DNA of 64,000 bases from positions 1 through 64,000 of IMG/VR virus record IMGVR_UViG_3300041411_000129. One strand, given 5' to 3'. The notes beneath the pieces are model-generated. The model did no database searches. It worked only from the letters and a program-made list of their open reading frames with translations, and had not been told where the DNA came from. The position numbers were made by a program, and so were the translations under genes. This document shows positions 55,742 to 64,000 of the stretch, one piece after another (the first letter of the stretch is position 1; every line of letters starts with the position of its first letter).

Positions 55742-57073
55742 TCATGGAGTGACTGGAATAGTCGCTTGAGCGATATCGACGCTGTACTTGGTAACTACCA
55801 GATACAGGAACTTGTTGAAGCTCTTGGCGATGTAAACCACGTCATCGCGAATCAGACGGTTGAAGCCGGTAGGAACGCCAGAGTCACGCGTCATCTCTTC
55901 AGCGTGCATCAGCATCTCAGCGAGTATCAGGCAGAACTGGCGAGTTTCCTCTTTCATCTGCATGAAATCTACGTGAGTAGTCGGCACGTTGATGTAGTCA
56001 GGGTAACGCTCGATGAACTGATCGATACCGTCACGGTTCTCAGGTCCACCAACAACAGCCAGCATTACGGAACGGAACTGCGAAGGGACGATGTTCAACA
56101 CCTTATCGATGTGAGCATCGGTGTACTTAACACCCTTACAGGTCTTGTGGCAGATTTGCATCGACTGCTGTACGCCAGCGATGCCGGCCCAGATGCCGGT
56201 TTGACGAACTTCCTGTGGTACAGCCCAGTTCATGTAGAGCGGAGTCGCGATGAACTCAGTCGACGTAAAAAGGTCAGGGAAGATCGTTGCCCAATCGTCA
56301 CGATCATGTTCGCTGTTATCGAGGATATAATCCCGGATAGCTTCTTTGACGGCATCGAGGTTGTCGCCAGCCGGACCGTAGATCACAGTCACCCAGTTGG
56401 TGTCGATGGTCTTGGTCTTGTCGGTTGGGTCAGTCCAGGCAAACACATCGTTTCGCATTACTGTTTCAGGGAAGACGCCCTTAGCGATGTTCATGCGGTT
56501 AAAGATGTCGGACTGCTGGATCGCCTGAACCATTTCCAGTACGGTGTCGTAGTCGTCGAAGAACGAATCGAGTGCCACGACCGGAGGAACCGGCAGGATG
56601 GTGAACTCGTCGTACTGGTTGTAGAACGAATCATCAGCGAACCAAATCCGCCAGCTTGTAGTAGCCGACTGATTCAATGGTGCGATGTTGATGTATTCAG
56701 GGCAGAAGTAGTTATCGAATGCCGTTTGGATGCCGGAGTCGATCAGATCGAACTGAGTACCGAAGTGCTGAATGAAGGCTTGAGTGAAGCTATCCTTCTC
56801 TTCAGTGAAGGTCCCAAGCTTGGCCTGAGTGTAGATCCAGTTGATCGCAGTCAAGCACGAGAAGGCGATCTCATCCGACACTACGGTCGGTACATCGTTG
56901 ACTTTGTAAGAGAACCCTACGAGGGTCTCGGCACCAAAGTCGGAGAAGGAATGCCACGTCTTTTCACGGGCAGCTGTTTTGGATCTGTCAGCCAGCTCGC
57001 CAATCGGTGAGACCACGCCAAGCGTGTTGTCCACCAACGATCCGATCTGGGCAAACGCCTTGAAAATATTCAC
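55742..57073 (-). CDS. Virion structural protein (phiKZ gp157-like)
   Basis: 443 aa; SPIGEL, IYGPAG, IFPDLF..TEF. Confidence 0.75.
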   Translation of the reverse strand: MNIFKAFAQIGSLVDNTLGVVSPIGELADRSKTAAREKTWHSFSDFGAETLVGFSYKVNDVPTVVSDEIAFSCLTAINWIYTQAKLGTFTEEKDSFTQAFIQHFGTQFDLIDSGIQTAFDNYFCPEYINIAPLNQSATTSWRIWFADDSFYNQYDEFTILPVPPVVALDSFFDDYDTVLEMVQAIQQSDIFNRMNIAKGVFPETVMRNDVFAWTDPTDKTKTIDTNWVTVIYGPAGDNLDAVKEAIRDYILDNSEHDRDDWATIFPDLFTSTEFIATPLYMNWAVPQEVRQTGIWAGIAGVQQSMQICHKTCKGVKYTDAHIDKVLNIVPSQFRSVMLAVVGGPENRDGIDQFIERYPDYINVPTTHVDFMQMKEETRQFCLILAEMLMHAEEMTRDSGVPTGFNRLIRDDVVYIAKSFNKFLYLVVTKYSVDIAQATIPVTP

Positions 57074-57186
57074 TGTTAATACCTCGGTTTGCGAGCGGCG
57101 AAAGGTATGACCGTAAGTGATGTAAAAACTTACACCATGTAGCCTGGAACTATATTATTTTTCAAGAACTTTAGGGGACTATCGTA

Positions 57187-57609
57187 GTGGCACTCTCGAC
57201 CCTGCTACTTTTACTAAAGTCCTTATTTCCTTTTCTGAAAGAAATTCTTCTGCGAGATAAGACTTTAAAAGCATTCGTCGGCGATAACAAGACGGCTACC
57301 TTCTTGTTGTCTATCTTAGTCCTGGTGTTCATCCTGTTCCTCGCCGTCGTCGATGTCTTATCCGTAAAGAATAAAGAACTCGAAGCGATGAAAGAGTCGG
57401 GTGCTTTCACCACACCACATCTGGAAGATGCGAATAAACGTATCAAGGAGCTTGAAGATCAACTTAAACTCTGCCGACCGGTGCAACCTGATGTTAGTCA
57501 GGGGAATCACCATCCAACCACCAACGTAGCGAGCGAAGGCAAGAAAGGTAAGTCCCTAAAGGACTACGCCTCGTCGCGTCTGAAGAGTCTCGATGATAAC
57601 GGTAAATAA
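57187..57609 (+). CDS. Putative inner-membrane spanin (Rz-like)
   Basis: TM segment followed by coiled coil and a Cys. Confidence 0.55.
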   Translation: MALSTLLLLLKSLFPFLKEILLRDKTLKAFVGDNKTATFLLSILVLVFILFLAVVDVLSVKNKELEAMKESGAFTTPHLEDANKRIKELEDQLKLCRPVQPDVSQGNHHPTTNVASEGKKGKSLKDYASSRLKSLDDNGK

Positions 57610-57611
57610 CC

Positions 57612-57992
57612 ATGTTGAACTTACGTCTAAATATGCGTCTGATGTTGCAACTTCCATTGCTTCTCTTGGGATCATGCACGCCGGTGATTCCAAGTACATC
57701 GATCGTCATTTATACGGTTGAGAGCCCTGCGCCTCAAGTGCAGCACAAGAAATCTCAGCCGGTGCAAAAGAAGCAAGCGCGTAAAGTCACCGATAATGCT
57801 GAGAAGTGCGAACGCATGGAGCTGGCTGTTATCGAGACATACAAGATCCCTGACCTACCGGATCTCACTAATCTCTCTCCAGACGACGACCCAGCCGTAG
57901 TGGACGCGCTGTATGAACACATCAAGCTGTTGCGAAGTGAGCTCAAGCGTGTGATGGCAGATTACAAATGTACGGTAAGTGGTACTCCGTGA
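57612..57992 (+). CDS. Putative outer-membrane spanin lipoprotein (Rz1-like)
   Basis: Lipobox LLLLGSC, Pro-rich segment, two further Cys; start uncertain. Confidence 0.6.
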   Translation: MLNLRLNMRLMLQLPLLLLGSCTPVIPSTSIVIYTVESPAPQVQHKKSQPVQKKQARKVTDNAEKCERMELAVIETYKIPDLPDLTNLSPDDDPAVVDALYEHIKLLRSELKRVMADYKCTVSGTP

Positions 57993-58056
57993 GTGGTTGA
58001 TTCAAAAGATACAAAACTGACCAATACTCTAGGCGTACCTCTTAAGGAATTCAAGA

Positions 58057-59544
58057 ATGGCTGATACACCAGTAGCAACTGGAGCGGTCCTTTATACGGA
58101 CGGCGGTTTCTTAGCCGATAAACGTATCGGCGGATGGGGTGTTCACGGTTACACTTTCATCGATGAAGCTCCAAAGAAAGGCACGGGTAACCCGAAAGCC
58201 GTGCCTTCTGATAAAGGCTATCTCGGTGACAACATCGTGGGCAACAAGGTCACTCCGATCGAGTACATCGATCTGATTGGTGGCCGCAGGGATTACGGGA
58301 GCAACAACGAGGTCGAACTCGAAGCAATGTATCGTGCATTGCTGTGGCTTCAAGAAAACCCTGAGATCATCAAAGCGGTATTGCTCAGCGATTCGATGTT
58401 CGTGGTGAAGGGTACTGACTTCCTACCGGCATGGGCAGAGGGCGGTAAGTGGCTCAATAAGAAGGGCGGTCCAATTAAGTACCGCCCTCTGTGGGAAAAG
58501 TACAAAGAGGTCTGGGATGACCTGAGGTCGAAGATCTCCATTGAGATGAACCACGTCAAGGCTCACAATGGGGAAATGGGCAACACCATCGCTGACTCCC
58601 ACGCCGGGAGAGGTTTGGTGTTAGGAACGAAGAAGGACGATACGATCATCCGCGATCGTAAAGTCGCTCAAGGGTATTGGGGTAATAAGAACGTCATCCC
58701 GCGTATTCTCCAAGCCCCTCGTTGGTATTTCGCAACAAACGATCTCGAGTACAAACGAGCAGACGGCACAACTGTCTACTACGTTGGTTCGCACGGCACG
58801 AAAGATAAGGAAGACGAACTGTACGGCAAACCGTACGCTGACAACTTCCTTGGCGTGGTACGGGTCAAAGAGCCCGATCCAGTAATGGAAACCTTGCGTC
58901 TCACAGCTATCGCAAAAGATGCCAAGCAGTACGGCGCTATTGTGATTGCGCACTTGGATGCAATCTTCTCTCCCAAGACGTACAAAGAGCTTTCTGACTA
59001 CAACACCACCTTCCTGTATCCGTCCAAGAAAGGCGTCGACTTGCTCGATTCCAAGGACGTTCCAGTACTGGTGGAGATGCGGCCAGCAGGCTTAGGTTTC
59101 AGGGGTGTGCAGTCTTGGGACGGCATGAGTAGGGTTCTAGATGGAGTCCTTGAAGGTGATGATTACTACGTCCTCACCGACATTACGGACTTACTCTATG
59201 AGGAGAAGGGCGATAAGAAAGTCGTCCGGAAACTCAAGCCGAGTATTTCCCAAATTGTCAAATACCTCGATGTAGGGGTGACATTCAACTTGGAGAAAGC
59301 TAAGGATGAACCCAAACCGTTCATCGGTAAAGTGCGTTTGGTCTTGGGTGGCGATATACTGACACGGAACCAGTTGGCGGCTCTGGCAGAGGACGTTAAG
59401 TCCGTTAAAGTAGTGTGCTGGAGGGAATCTGATAACGTAGGACGTTACGCTACCATGGTAGAGCTGTTGTCTGGTGATGTCGGCATTTGGGCACGGACAG
59501 CATCAAACATCTACTATCACACGATCAAGCAGAAGACTAACTGA
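58057..59544 (+). CDS. rnhA: Ribonuclease HI with long C-terminal extension (phiKZ gp155-like)
   Basis: LYTDGG, SNNEVELEA, LSDS, HVKAHNG..GN..AD. Confidence 0.92.
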   Translation: MADTPVATGAVLYTDGGFLADKRIGGWGVHGYTFIDEAPKKGTGNPKAVPSDKGYLGDNIVGNKVTPIEYIDLIGGRRDYGSNNEVELEAMYRALLWLQENPEIIKAVLLSDSMFVVKGTDFLPAWAEGGKWLNKKGGPIKYRPLWEKYKEVWDDLRSKISIEMNHVKAHNGEMGNTIADSHAGRGLVLGTKKDDTIIRDRKVAQGYWGNKNVIPRILQAPRWYFATNDLEYKRADGTTVYYVGSHGTKDKEDELYGKPYADNFLGVVRVKEPDPVMETLRLTAIAKDAKQYGAIVIAHLDAIFSPKTYKELSDYNTTFLYPSKKGVDLLDSKDVPVLVEMRPAGLGFRGVQSWDGMSRVLDGVLEGDDYYVLTDITDLLYEEKGDKKVVRKLKPSISQIVKYLDVGVTFNLEKAKDEPKPFIGKVRLVLGGDILTRNQLAALAEDVKSVKVVCWRESDNVGRYATMVELLSGDVGIWARTASNIYYHTIKQKTN

Positions 59545-59561
59545 TCGTAGAGGTCTCACTA

Positions 59562-59978
59562 ATGAACGTCGACAGACTGGCATCGGGTAATTATCCGGTA
59601 GTTGTACAACATCATCCAGTCAATGATGGTGAACTAAGTCCGAAGCACAGCATAAAACGATTTATCTTCGTTACATCGCTGTGGTGCTGGATGAATCATA
59701 TCGACAAACCCACCGCTTGTGCGATGGAGGAGTTAAATGATCGGTTCAAGTTAGTTATGAGGTCGAAAGCGTTATTGTTCCCTGCGGCCATGAGCAAGAT
59801 GGTCTGGGGTAAGATCGACCTCGCGACCATTCATACTCGCTACAGACAACGGAAGATTCGGATCGAAGATGCAGTTACCGAGCTGATGCGTTGCGCGCCC
59901 TCTTGGGTACGCTACGACAGTGACGAGTTGCTCCTTCGGGACGTTGAGGCGATCTTCCGTAGCGTCAAAACGGTGTGA
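59562..59978 (+). CDS. Hypothetical protein
   Basis: 138 aa, SD GAGGT. Confidence 0.75.
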   Translation: MNVDRLASGNYPVVVQHHPVNDGELSPKHSIKRFIFVTSLWCWMNHIDKPTACAMEELNDRFKLVMRSKALLFPAAMSKMVWGKIDLATIHTRYRQRKIRIEDAVTELMRCAPSWVRYDSDELLLRDVEAIFRSVKTV

Positions 59979-59982
59979 GCAG

Positions 59983-60022
59983 CATACACTCCCCAGCAGA
60001 CAACTGCTGGGGAGTGTATATG
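59983..60022. terminator. Hairpin between convergent genes
   Basis: CATACACTCCCCAGCAG-ACAA-CTGCTGGGGAGTGTATATG. Confidence 0.85.
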
Positions 60023-60025
60023 CCC

Positions 60026-60886
60026 TTATGACTTCAATGCGACGACAATATCGTCACGAGCATTCGTCATGGCGCTGGTGAACTGTTCGGTCATATCGAC
60101 CAATACAGCACCTGCGGTAACGGTAATGCCGACCTTGTAGAACAGGTCAGAAAGCTGGGAGGTGACGAGACCAGACATCTCATCGCCATCTTTACCGTCC
60201 AGCTCTTTACGCAGTTCCGTAACCAGAACAACCAGACGGTTGATCAGCTTCTGGATATTGACGAAGTCTACCGCACCGACGTCAGCATTCAGTTTGTTGA
60301 TCAGGATGAACGCTTCTTCGATATCAGCATTACGCTCGACTACTTTGCCGAGTGTAGTCTGGTTACGACCGCCGTTCTGGAAGAAGCCTTTGATCTTGTC
60401 AAAGTCTTCCTGAGGAATCAATGCGAGGTTCTTCGCCAGATCCCTGATACCCGATTGTGCCTTGAGGCGATCAGGTTCATTGAGAGCGACCGCCAGCTTG
60501 GTGTTGACCGCCTTGAGAGTGATCTCAGTGGTTTCAACAGCTGGGAGGATGGTCTCGATCAGGAAGCGCAGGAAAGGCACCCACTGACCGCTGAAGCCCG
60601 GTGGAACGGCAACGTAGATACCGCGGGTCTTCTGGTAGTCTTTACCAACCAGAACTTCCTTCAGTTCTTCGGTGTCGATCTTCTGCTTGACGTAGTTGCC
60701 AAGCTTCAGGCCGTTGCAGTACGTGGTGAAGTTTTCGATGTAGCTCTTGAAGGTGGTCGCAAGACCGGACAGGAAGGCCAGAGCTTTCGACTCAGTGGAC
60801 AGCATGCTGCCTTCTTCGATCAAGCTTGGAAGGGTGCTAGCAGATTCCGACGTATAGTCAGCCAGCGTCTTGTTAACTTTCGACAT
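60026..60886 (-). CDS. Virion head protein (phiKZ gp153-like), likely proteolytically processed
   Basis: N-terminal LSTES motif, VPPGF, helical; synteny. Confidence 0.7.
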   Translation of the reverse strand: MSKVNKTLADYTSESASTLPSLIEEGSMLSTESKALAFLSGLATTFKSYIENFTTYCNGLKLGNYVKQKIDTEELKEVLVGKDYQKTRGIYVAVPPGFSGQWVPFLRFLIETILPAVETTEITLKAVNTKLAVALNEPDRLKAQSGIRDLAKNLALIPQEDFDKIKGFFQNGGRNQTTLGKVVERNADIEEAFILINKLNADVGAVDFVNIQKLINRLVVLVTELRKELDGKDGDEMSGLVTSQLSDLFYKVGITVTAGAVLVDMTEQFTSAMTNARDDIVVALKS

Positions 60887-60989
60887 GAGCAGATGCTCCC
60901 TCAGAGTGCAAAATTAGGTAAACCCATAGCAGAGTCTATTTATTTACGCAACGTGTGTATGTTGTGTGAAATTATCAACGGAGCAGGAC

Positions 60990-62486
60990 ATGTCTTACGC
61001 ATCTCTCTGGAAACCCGCGCCAGCGTTCTACCCAATGCCAAACACCGGCACTGTCCTTGACATCTCGTCGGGTAGCTGGGTAAAGGGACACAAAGGACAA
61101 ATGATCTTGAACGGCGGCTTCGCCCTGTTCTGGTCTATTGCTGCATTGCCAAACATGGGTAAGTCCACCATCGCAGCCGGTTGCTGCGGTGCGGTACTGC
61201 GCGCTTTCCCTGATGCTGCACTTCACGTACATGATACTGAAACCACCATGGTGGCCGAACGTGTCGAACGTCTTACCCGTTTGGGTATGGGTGCTCCATC
61301 GAAGTACAACCGTGTTCCTGAATGTCTGATGTCTGAAGGCCGGATGTTCTTCACCAACTCCGTTGACTACGATGGTACTCAATGGTTCGAGCTGGTCAAG
61401 AAATTCGCCAAGCAGCGCTTCAAAGAAGAGAAGCGTATTCAGCTTGAGATCCTGAACCCTCAGGACGGTAAGCCGTACGAGTACTTCAACCCGGTCATCG
61501 AATTCTGCGACTCCTTCTCTGGCCTGAAAGCCGAGAACGCCGTAGCGATGTTGGCTGAGAACGAAGTCGGCACCAAAGACATGAACATGTTGGCGATGCG
61601 TGTCAACAGTGGTAAGAGTCAGATCGTCGATCAGATCAACGACCTTGCTGCGCGTCATGCGATCTACTTCCTCGGCACGGCGCACGTCGGTGCATCGTAC
61701 CAACTTGACCCACGCTCCCCTACTATCAAGACGTTGAAGTGGCTGAAGGGCGATATCAAGCTCAAGCGTGTGCCTGAGAACTTCTCGTTCCAGACCGGCA
61801 ACTGCTACATCATCACTCACTTCTCGCCGATGTTGAACGGCAGTGGTAAGGATGCGATGCCAGAGTACCCGTACGAGCCGGGTGACGAGGATAAGCAGAC
61901 CGACCTGATCGAGATCAAGGTTACCAACCAGCGTGGCAAGTTCGGCATCTCAGGCGTTCCTATCCCTCTGGTTATTTCTCAGAAGGACGGCTTCCTGCCA
62001 TACATGTCTAACTTCGTCTTCCTGAAAGAAGAAGGCGGTAAGTTTGGTTTCGAAGGTAACGACCGCAACTACGCGCTGTCGCTCTGCCCTGACATCAAAC
62101 TGCAACGGACCAACGTTCGTCAGAAGTTCCGCGAGAACCCACGCCTGCAACACGCGGCTTACATTCTCGTAACCCTGTACTGGATGTTCACGTACTGGAC
62201 TGAGTTCGATGACGGCCTACGCTGCACTCCGGCGCAGTTGTATGAAGAAATCAAGGCCATGGGGTACGATTGGGATGCGCTGCTGGATTCTCGCTATTGG
62301 TTCATGCCAATCGAAGCCGGTAAGGACATTCCGTTCACATCCGCTATGGACCTCCTTCGTATCCGGGCCGGTCGGTATCACCCTTACTGGTATCCAAAAT
62401 CACGTAAAGAAATGGGACTCCCAGAGCCAGTTGACATTGCCGTAGTCGCTGAGTGTGTGGTTCCAAAGGAATCAACAGGAAAATAA
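60990..62486 (+). CDS. uvsX: UvsX/RecA-like recombinase (phiKZ gp152-like)
   Basis: Walker A PNMGKST, DTE, DSFS, TAHVG, RGKFG. Confidence 0.88.
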   Translation: MSYASLWKPAPAFYPMPNTGTVLDISSGSWVKGHKGQMILNGGFALFWSIAALPNMGKSTIAAGCCGAVLRAFPDAALHVHDTETTMVAERVERLTRLGMGAPSKYNRVPECLMSEGRMFFTNSVDYDGTQWFELVKKFAKQRFKEEKRIQLEILNPQDGKPYEYFNPVIEFCDSFSGLKAENAVAMLAENEVGTKDMNMLAMRVNSGKSQIVDQINDLAARHAIYFLGTAHVGASYQLDPRSPTIKTLKWLKGDIKLKRVPENFSFQTGNCYIITHFSPMLNGSGKDAMPEYPYEPGDEDKQTDLIEIKVTNQRGKFGISGVPIPLVISQKDGFLPYMSNFVFLKEEGGKFGFEGNDRNYALSLCPDIKLQRTNVRQKFRENPRLQHAAYILVTLYWMFTYWTEFDDGLRCTPAQLYEEIKAMGYDWDALLDSRYWFMPIEAGKDIPFTSAMDLLRIRAGRYHPYWYPKSRKEMGLPEPVDIAVVAECVVPKESTGK

Positions 62487-62490
62487 CATC

Positions 62491-62772
62491 ATGGCCAATT
62501 CACTGGTTACGAAGGTCAGCGACCTGCTGTCTAATCAGAACGCGAAACTCGCGGCTAACTTTAATGCCACGTTCCATGTGAACGCGGAGACAGAAGAAGA
62601 CGAACTCCGGGCACTCAACAAATACTTCCGTCACGAGTTGAGCAAGATCCGGATCTCTACACTGGACGAGTGTGAGTGTCTGCGAAACGATATCGCGCCA
62701 GTGTATTGGCTGAAGTATTTCGAGACTCACGTCCTGCCGACTCTGGTGCGTTTCAATCTTCCCGAGGGCTAA
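62491..62772 (+). CDS. Conserved hypothetical protein
   Basis: ATG 62491 after AGGA; W...F...VLP.LVRF.LP. Confidence 0.75.
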   Translation: MANSLVTKVSDLLSNQNAKLAANFNATFHVNAETEEDELRALNKYFRHELSKIRISTLDECECLRNDIAPVYWLKYFETHVLPTLVRFNLPEG

Positions 62773-62778
62773 TTCCAC

Positions 62779-63516
62779 ATGAACGCTAAACGTAAGAAAG
62801 TCACGGAAAAGATGTTGGAGCGAATCGCGTCCATCATTCCCGGCGACGATACGAACGTGAAGATCTTCAGGGAAAAACTCGAGGCAATGAATGATGACGA
62901 GTTTGAATCTTACTTGCGTAAGCTCAAGCCCGTCAAAACTCAGGAAGACATCGCTAACCGCGAGTGGATTCCATTCTACGTTCCTAACCTCTCAGGTAAG
63001 CGGGTAAGTATTGCCCGCAACTACCAGATTGCGAAAGGCATGGGACGTAGCTTGGATCACCGTCTGGTAATGACTGACCCTTCAACGGGTTTGCAGTACG
63101 TCACTCCGCACGCATATCCGGTTCTCGATCTTCCAGTGCGTCGACAGGCTCAGACGGTCGCTAAGAAGCGATCTATCCCTGAGCATAACCAACGTATCGA
63201 CGACCTGACCGAACAGCCTACAAGCGAGTCTAAGGGCAGCCGTATCTCCTCTCCTGAGGGTGTGGCGCTCTTGTCTCGTGGTCTTGACAACACGATGCTT
63301 GAATTCGTGAAGATCCGTGGTGGTGACACCGCAGGTTATCGCGAGTACAAACGTCTGCTTATCGAGACGGGTGAGGTCAGCTACGCACAGTTGGATGGGT
63401 TGGGTATCGCTAAATCTACCAAGACTGCATCGATTATCTTTAATTGCATGCACATTGGTAACAACCTCGATCCAAGTACTAAGGTGCCTGCCGATGCCAT
63501 GCCCGACACGCTCTGA
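62779..63516 (+). CDS. Virion RNA polymerase beta-like subunit, C-terminal part (phiKZ gp149-like)
   Basis: TEQP..SKGSRISSPE..AL...EFVKIRGGD parallels the RpoB C-terminal TQQP..GGQRFGEME..TVKSDD region. Confidence 0.85.
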   Translation: MNAKRKKVTEKMLERIASIIPGDDTNVKIFREKLEAMNDDEFESYLRKLKPVKTQEDIANREWIPFYVPNLSGKRVSIARNYQIAKGMGRSLDHRLVMTDPSTGLQYVTPHAYPVLDLPVRRQAQTVAKKRSIPEHNQRIDDLTEQPTSESKGSRISSPEGVALLSRGLDNTMLEFVKIRGGDTAGYREYKRLLIETGEVSYAQLDGLGIAKSTKTASIIFNCMHIGNNLDPSTKVPADAMPDTL

Positions 63517-63517
63517 A

Positions 63518-63985
63518 ATGATGAAGCTGATTACCGATATCGTGTTCAGGTATTGCAGTACGCCTGAACGCATCGGTTCGATGCTGACTCTCGCCACTGC
63601 TTCGAAGCTACAGATCAACTTCCGGACTTCCCTGCACTCTAAAACAGGCTGCTTGAAGCTTTGGGATTTCATCGAGGTCCAAACGGACGTCAGTGATCCT
63701 GAGTTCATGGAAGTTCTGATGAACATGGTTGGCGAGTTTATGTTCCTTGCCGAGGTGGATGACACCGCCTTCAACACTGAAATCGCCGGTCCTCTGGCCA
63801 GAACTCTGGCGTGGGTGAAAGACGCTGCCGGTACGCCTGACTCACTACGTGAGATGGCTGCCAATGTCGAGACGTATCGTGAGATGCTCAACTTCAACAA
63901 GTGGGCGGCTTTCGTCTACCTGATGTCGATGACCGATCTGATGCGCGTATTGACAGCGTTAAAGAACGAAGCTGCTAAAGGTTAA
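63518..63985 (+). CDS. Conserved hypothetical protein
   Basis: About 155 aa following the RNAP subunit; start trimmed to avoid overlap. Confidence 0.7.
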   Translation: MMKLITDIVFRYCSTPERIGSMLTLATASKLQINFRTSLHSKTGCLKLWDFIEVQTDVSDPEFMEVLMNMVGEFMFLAEVDDTAFNTEIAGPLARTLAWVKDAAGTPDSLREMAANVETYREMLNFNKWAAFVYLMSMTDLMRVLTALKNEAAKG

Positions 63986-64000
63986 CTCCGAGGTTCTCAA

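Noticed and set aside
55766-57010. 414-aa plus-strand ORF antisense to a structural gene (similar cases at 6230, 22825, 23743, 24730, 27939, 34653, 49358, 60975)
   Set aside because: Fully overlap well-supported genes on the opposite strand; V/H/R/Q-rich composition typical of antisense shadows

Overview
64 kb of a phiKZ-like (Chimalliviridae-type, nucleus-forming) jumbo myophage genome, roughly 50% GC, probably infecting Pseudomonas or a related gammaproteobacterium (inference). Core genes, left to right: a minus-strand tandem array of paralogous tail-fibre-type genes (1-12.3 kb), DnaB helicase, major capsid protein, non-virion RNAP beta-like subunit, CYTH protein, RuvC, baseplate and portal genes, modular endolysin, a duplicated four-gene tail-fibre cassette, PAAR and spike, SbcC ATPase, a probable spanin pair, RNase H, UvsX and the virion RNAP beta C-terminal subunit. 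Two plus-strand accessory islands (12.4-16.2 kb and 36.6-37.7 kb) start at similar early-promoter motifs and end at near-identical terminators. The most interesting signals are cis-acting RNA elements. (1) Six early genes share a hairpin, AAC-[4 bp stem]-GNGGA loop, that places the Shine-Dalgarno in its loop and shows compensatory stem changes, suggesting a translational regulon resembling Csr/Rsm sites. (2) A candidate +1 frameshift (CCU UUU CGU) lies near the end of the capsid gene. (3) A UUCG hairpin sits between the SD and start codon of ruvC. (4) Intergenic hairpins carry either U-tracts or TATG tails, possibly by polymerase class. (5) A possible structured RNA precedes the CYTH gene. No tRNA, rRNA or CRISPR array was seen. 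All product calls and phiKZ gp numbers come from motif recognition and recalled synteny, not database searches.
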